IMG/VR virus record: IMGVR_UViG_3300028886_000028
Span: 160,001-224,000 of that record
Reading direction: 5' to 3' (one strand)
Length of the DNA: 64,000 nt
From: a virus
Lineage: Duplodnaviria > Caudoviricetes
The notes beneath the pieces were generated by a model that worked only from the letters and a program-made list of their open reading frames with translations, did not search any database and was not told where the DNA came from. This document shows positions 59,237-64,000 of the stretch, one piece after another; the stretch's first letter is position 1; each line of letters opens with the position of its first letter. A program made the position numbers and the translations under genes.

Positions 59237-60218
59237 TTTTTTTAAAAAAGTAAAAGATTTTCTATATGCATTGCCATTTGGTTTAAAGGGTGCTGATACT
59301 GAAATAATGGGTTCTAATATATCAGGTGATGGAAACGATACTTCTATTAATCAACAGGTTAATGATAATAGAGTAGCGAAGCATTTATTAAAAGGCGAAA
59401 TAACCAAAGAAGTATCAGAATTAAGATATAGGACTTACAAAGTTGCAAGAGAAACTGACAATTATGAATATATAGGCAATGGTATAGCAACAAAAAAGGA
59501 AGAAAAAGAAAAAAACGATGTGATTAAGTTTTCTCAGGAAAATAAATTAATTTGTAATGATATTTTAACTGAATTAAACCATGTGGGTTCATATGGAGTT
59601 GAAAAATATACAGTTAATATAAATTATATTTCCCCGGTAAGATTTAAATTACAGGAGTTTTTAACATTTGTTGATGTTGTTATAGAAAAAGGAAAAGATG
59701 CAATAACGACGTTACGTTTTAATGATATTAGAAATCCTCAAGCATTTAAATCAAAGCCATTTATAACTGAACTTGAAAAATTGGAGCAGTTATTTATTAA
59801 TAACGATTCTTATGGCTTAAGCAGAAATGATTTTGCTGAATCCATATTATGTATGAATTTCACCACTTTTAAGGCTACTGATAGGCAACCGGATGTTGTT
59901 TCATATTCTTTTACATCCCCTAAATTGATTGATGTTAAACATGAAGATGGAGAATATAAATTAGTTTATAAATGGGACAGTTATAATCGTATAGACCTTA
60001 CTGATAAATTTTATGATGAAGAGCTTGAAAAAAAGTATGTAAATAAAGAAAGAAAATCCTTTTCCCCTGATGCCACAATAGAAGAAACAAAGCACAAGTG
60101 CAGCAAATGTGGTAAGGAAATAATTGCATATAAAGATGGATTTATTATAGATAAAGATTCAGGAGAGCCGGTTTGTATGGATTGTTATAGTAAATATTTA
60201 CTTAGTTTATCTAAATAA
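59229..60218 (+). CDS. Hypothetical protein with C-terminal zinc ribbon
   Basis: CSKC...CMDC. Confidence 0.65.
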   Translation: MNSFFKKVKDFLYALPFGLKGADTEIMGSNISGDGNDTSINQQVNDNRVAKHLLKGEITKEVSELRYRTYKVARETDNYEYIGNGIATKKEEKEKNDVIKFSQENKLICNDILTELNHVGSYGVEKYTVNINYISPVRFKLQEFLTFVDVVIEKGKDAITTLRFNDIRNPQAFKSKPFITELEKLEQLFINNDSYGLSRNDFAESILCMNFTTFKATDRQPDVVSYSFTSPKLIDVKHEDGEYKLVYKWDSYNRIDLTDKFYDEELEKKYVNKERKSFSPDATIEETKHKCSKCGKEIIAYKDGFIIDKDSGEPVCMDCYSKYLLSLSK

Positions 60219-60245
60219 TATTTTTTATAAAATTAACATAAACAT

Positions 60246-60890
60246 ATGATTAAAATTGGTATAGAATTAAACCACGTAGTAAGAAATGTAAATAAACAAA
60301 TTCTTAAATATTATCAAAAAGATATAGACCCATCAATAGATTTAGATGAGATTGATGAAAAAGATGATGTTTTTAAATATGCTAAATTTGAAAGTTTAAC
60401 TGATAAAAACGAATTTATATATATTGATTATCCTTATGAGATATTTGGCGCAGCCAAGCCTATGGAAAAAAATTTACCTGCTGAAATAAATAATTGGCTA
60501 TCCGAGTTAACAAATTATGAAGATGATTATGTAGAGGTGTCGTTTTTTAGTCTTGATGAAGAAGCATTAACTATTCAATCAACTTATTTCTTTTTAAGTA
60601 AGATAGGTACAAGAGTAAGGAAAATCGTATTCCCAAAGCAAATAAATGAAATGGTAGGAGAATATGATGTTATAGTAACCGGTAATAAGCAAGTTATTTC
60701 TTATTTTTCAAAAGATGATGGGGTATATACAGTATATGTACCAAATGGTTCTGAAGGAGTATTGTGTAAGCACGATAAAGAATATGATTCTTTGAACGAT
60801 TTGATTAAAGATGAAAACTTTTTAAAAAATGTTCAAGAATTTGTTAATAATAAAAACAATAAAGAATTTACAGATGGCGAATCAAATTAA
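60246..60890 (+). CDS. HAD-like 5'(3')-deoxyribonucleotidase-fold protein, degenerate motif I
   Basis: IKIGIELNHVVRN resembles I.ID.DGV..D. Confidence 0.45.
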   Translation: MIKIGIELNHVVRNVNKQILKYYQKDIDPSIDLDEIDEKDDVFKYAKFESLTDKNEFIYIDYPYEIFGAAKPMEKNLPAEINNWLSELTNYEDDYVEVSFFSLDEEALTIQSTYFFLSKIGTRVRKIVFPKQINEMVGEYDVIVTGNKQVISYFSKDDGVYTVYVPNGSEGVLCKHDKEYDSLNDLIKDENFLKNVQEFVNNKNNKEFTDGESN

Positions 60891-61209
60891 TTCGGATTTA
60901 ATTTATGACCTTGATGGTATTAAAAATTTTATTTTTGGTGATGATGATGGTAGAAGTAGTGATGTTGAAATAACTGAGACTCAAACCAGAAATGAAAATG
61001 GTAAGTTAGAGACAGAAACAAGAGTTACAAGAGAAGTTAAAAGTACTGACAGTAATAAACAAACTATAAGATATGATATGATTAAAATGTTTATGGATGT
61101 ACTTGATAATGTTGAAATAGACCAAGAAATAGCCCCTTTATCACTAGGCCAAAAAATGGTTTTAAATACAATGGGTAGTTATGGATTAATTAAGCAAATT
61201 GAGCAATAA
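60874..61209 (+). CDS. Hypothetical protein
   Basis: ORF track. Confidence 0.6.
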   Translation: MANQINSDLIYDLDGIKNFIFGDDDGRSSDVEITETQTRNENGKLETETRVTREVKSTDSNKQTIRYDMIKMFMDVLDNVEIDQEIAPLSLGQKMVLNTMGSYGLIKQIEQ

Positions 61210-61214
61210 TAGTT

Positions 61215-62327
61215 ATGGAAGAAAAGAAAATTAAAGCACTTGATAGAGTAAAAAGTGAAATATCAAAAATTGACAATAAAGAAAATAACATATTTTTCTT
61301 TGTTTTAGATACTAAAGGCGTACCATCTGGCTCGTTGGAATACATTTATAAGCTTGCACTTATTGCAAAGAATGATGGGTATAATGTTGGTATGTTATAC
61401 CAATTGGAAAAAAACGATGAATTTGTAGGAGTAGCTGATTGGCTTGGAGAGACTTATGCTAACATACCTCACTATAATGTTTCAAAGGATGAGGTAGAAA
61501 TAACTCCTTCTGATATTGTTTTTATTCCTGAGATTTTTTCAACTGTTATGAATCAAACAAAAAAGTTGCCATGCAAGAGAGTTGCTATTTTGCAGAATTA
61601 TGACTATTTGGTTGAACAAATGCCTTTTGCAGCACAATGGGGTGACTTTGCTATTTTGGATTGTTTAACGAATACTGAATATAATGCTGAATTGATAAAA
61701 GATATATTCCCTTATATAAAAACTAAAACAGTCACGCCTTATATTGACAAAGTGTTTGGAAATACAATTGAACCTAAGAAAATGGTTATAAATATTGTTG
61801 CAAAAGACCAGTCAGACATTAATAAAATAATTAAGCCTTTTTACTGGAAGTATCCAACATTTAAATGGGTTTCATTCCGTGATTTAAGGGGATTTTCTAA
61901 AGAAGGGTTTGCAAATGCTTTAAGGGAGGCTGCTATTACTATTTGGGTTGACACAAATACAAGTTTTGGATATAGTGCAATTGAAGCTATGAAAAGTGGT
62001 TCTATAGTTATAGCAAAGGTGCCTGATACTACACTTGAATGGATTGATGCAGACGAAAATGATGGAACTTTAAGGAATTGTTGTGTATGGTTCGATAATT
62101 TTAATTCGATGCACAGACAGATTGCTAGTGTAGTTCGTTCTTGGATAACAGATAACGTGCCTTCAGAAGTGTCAGAAGAGGCTAAAAAGGTGACAGAGAA
62201 GTATTCTGAGGAAAAAACAACTAACGAGTTCAGAGAGGCTTTAAATGCGTATTTAGAGGGCAGGAAAAAAGAATTAGAGGCGTTAATTAGAAATGTTGAA
62301 AAGGAAGATAAAGAAAATAAAAAATAA
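61215..62327 (+). CDS. Glycosyltransferase, GT-B fold
   Basis: PSG...IY, D.VFIPEIF, and SFGYSAIEAMKSGSIV (ExxGxxxxEAM-like). Confidence 0.7.
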   Translation: MEEKKIKALDRVKSEISKIDNKENNIFFFVLDTKGVPSGSLEYIYKLALIAKNDGYNVGMLYQLEKNDEFVGVADWLGETYANIPHYNVSKDEVEITPSDIVFIPEIFSTVMNQTKKLPCKRVAILQNYDYLVEQMPFAAQWGDFAILDCLTNTEYNAELIKDIFPYIKTKTVTPYIDKVFGNTIEPKKMVINIVAKDQSDINKIIKPFYWKYPTFKWVSFRDLRGFSKEGFANALREAAITIWVDTNTSFGYSAIEAMKSGSIVIAKVPDTTLEWIDADENDGTLRNCCVWFDNFNSMHRQIASVVRSWITDNVPSEVSEEAKKVTEKYSEEKTTNEFREALNAYLEGRKKELEALIRNVEKEDKENKK

Positions 62328-62333
62328 TAGGCT

Positions 62334-62840
62334 ATGGAAGAATTGTTTAAAAAGATAGATGCTAATAATGCGACATCATTAAGATATGAAGAACTTTCTC
62401 AATGGGAAGTTGGAAGGGCTGTAATAAATGAAGCAATAAATCGTTGGGAGCAACTAGGCTTTTTGGCTTTAATTGACGATGATATTGTGAAGGAAAAAAT
62501 GGCTGTTGCTTTTGATAATATGGCTCTTGATTTGTTATACGAAAATGAAAGAGTTGTGAAGATTCAGAAAAGATACAATTTCAATTGTGCGCCTGACAAT
62601 GGATGCGATATGATATGCAGTTTTGATGTTATAGTATTTCCTATTTTAAGAAGAGTAATAAGCAAAGTTGACAATTTCAATTATGATAAGTTTTTAGACT
62701 ATCTTGAAAAATTATCATTTTTGGCAATTAACTATGATGGATATGAAATAGAAGAATGTGACATTGAGGCTGAATTTTGCGCATTGCTATCAACAGCAAT
62801 TGTAGAAATGTTTAAAAATGAAAAAGTTTCAAATAAATAA
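62334..62840 (+). CDS. Short protein resembling the N-terminal region of T4-like major capsid proteins
   Basis: NRWEQLGFL...KMAVAFDNMA...IVFPILRRV. Confidence 0.45.
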   Translation: MEELFKKIDANNATSLRYEELSQWEVGRAVINEAINRWEQLGFLALIDDDIVKEKMAVAFDNMALDLLYENERVVKIQKRYNFNCAPDNGCDMICSFDVIVFPILRRVISKVDNFNYDKFLDYLEKLSFLAINYDGYEIEECDIEAEFCALLSTAIVEMFKNEKVSNK

Positions 62841-62843
62841 TTT

Positions 62844-63632
62844 ATGAAAGATTTAATAATAATTATACCTTTACACGAATTTAATGAGTCAGTGGAAGCC
62901 TTACTTACAAAGGCGATAAATTCTGTGCCAAAAGATATGGAAATTAGGGTTTCTTGTAAAAATGGCCTTAGCGAAAAAATTAAAAAAACATATAAAAAGA
63001 ATAAAAACATTGTTATATACGAGAGCGAAGCAGTAGACTCACCTAGTGATTTCTGTAGCCTTGTAAATCAGGCTGTTGGGGATTCAAAGTGGTTCAGCAT
63101 TCTTGAATATGATGATGAATATACCCCAATTTGGTTTGACAATTTTAAAAAGTATGTTGATTTTTATTCTGATATTAGTGTATTTCTTCCATTAGAAGAT
63201 TTGATTGATGCTTCAGATAATAAATTTGCAGGTGTCGGAAATGAAGCTCCTTGGGCATCATCTTTTTCTAATGAAATAGGATATATTGATTTAGATTGTT
63301 TGCAAAATTTTTTTGATTTTTATTTAACCGGTTCTATTTTTAATACACAAGATTGGGAGGAAATAGGAGGTTTAAAGCCTTCTATAAAACTTACTTTTTG
63401 GTATGAATTTCTACTCAGGGCAACTCATAATGGTAAGAAAATATATGTAATTCCTAAAATAGGTTATTCTCATAAACTTGGAAGAGAGGGTTCATTAATT
63501 GAAGGTTATAAGAAAACAATTGATGAAAAAGAAAGTAATTTTTGGGTTAATGTGGCTCGTAAAGATTATTTTTATAAAAATCAAAGAGAAGAGTCTAAAT
63601 ACATATATAATGCCGATAAAGAGGCTGAATAA
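62844..63632 (+). CDS. Glycosyltransferase family 2 (GT-A)
   Basis: IIIP, AINSV, EYDDEY (DxD-like), IGG, YVIPK.GY.H. Confidence 0.75.
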   Translation: MKDLIIIIPLHEFNESVEALLTKAINSVPKDMEIRVSCKNGLSEKIKKTYKKNKNIVIYESEAVDSPSDFCSLVNQAVGDSKWFSILEYDDEYTPIWFDNFKKYVDFYSDISVFLPLEDLIDASDNKFAGVGNEAPWASSFSNEIGYIDLDCLQNFFDFYLTGSIFNTQDWEEIGGLKPSIKLTFWYEFLLRATHNGKKIYVIPKIGYSHKLGREGSLIEGYKKTIDEKESNFWVNVARKDYFYKNQREESKYIYNADKEAE

Positions 63633-63812
63633 TACTAAACAAACAAATGGCATTAACAACAATTAATGCCATTTTATTTTGAACACAAGGCAACACAAAG
63701 TTTTTTTTGGAAAAAGTGTAGGTAAGTGTGTTGTAATTTCACAATTTTTGCCTTTGTTTAAATATTTAGTTATATTAATAATCTCATTTAAACATTTTAT
63801 CTAAATATAAAT

Positions 63813-64000
63813 ATGGCAAAACGTGGAAGAAAACCATCTGGTAAGAGAAAGGGGTATTTTTATGAAGAAGAAGAAAAGGCTTTTGTTGATTATTTAAATG
63901 CCACCGATAAAGAAGTTAAAGATTTAATATTTAATTCAAAACTTCTTCCGGCGTTTACAAAAATGACTGAATCAATAATCAGACGATATAATCTTTATCC
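63813..64000 (+). CDS. Partial ORF, candidate late (T4 gp55-like) sigma factor
   Basis: MAKRGRK...YF..EEE.A...Y...KM.ESII..Y pattern; runs off the window end. Confidence 0.4.
   Translation, partial: MAKRGRKPSGKRKGYFYEEEEKAFVDYLNATDKEVKDLIFNSKLLPAFTKMTESIIRRYNLY

Noticed and set aside
1-64000. Stop-codon reassignment (TAG to Gln as in Lak phages, or TGA)
   Set aside because: Very long ORFs (1806, 1342 and 1122 aa) and high coding density are obtained with the standard code, and no CUA/UCA suppressor tRNA is seen.
1-64000. Bacterial chromosome or eukaryotic origin (ClpP, sigma-70, BspA as in Trichomonas/Entamoeba)
   Set aside because: T4-like replication genes, tail fibres with an S74 chaperone, lysis genes, dense intronless ORFs and many orphan genes indicate a large phage.

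Overview
This AT-rich window comes from a very large tailed phage (jumbo/megaphage) with a T4-like core: primase, gp46/gp47-like SbcCD, RuvC-like resolvase, sigma factors, ClpP, lysis genes, tail-fibre module and a tRNA cluster. It uses the standard genetic code. Bacteroidota-type TAnnTTTG promoters, BspA LRRs and the lysis genes point to a Bacteroidota host (inference). The main signal is a dispersed, modular adhesin system. At least 8 genes share a ~40-aa N-terminal peptide fused to interchangeable Ig-like, BspA-LRR or C-type-lectin payloads. Three lectin domains carry DGR-type variable regions, but no reverse transcriptase or template repeat lies in the window. Several of these genes sit next to a ~20-bp inverted-repeat site (GGGAAYTATATAYCTRTTGG, 5 copies); one complete IR-gene-IR cassette has a near-perfect 8-bp flanking duplication, suggesting mobile non-autonomous cassettes. 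Also notable: a circularly permuted tRNA-mimic (YrlA/Y-RNA-like) and a class-II-bodied tRNA with a CUG anticodon, a family of putative capsid-targeting leaders, and a TATTTATA late-promoter candidate. All assignments come from motif recognition by eye; no database searches were run.
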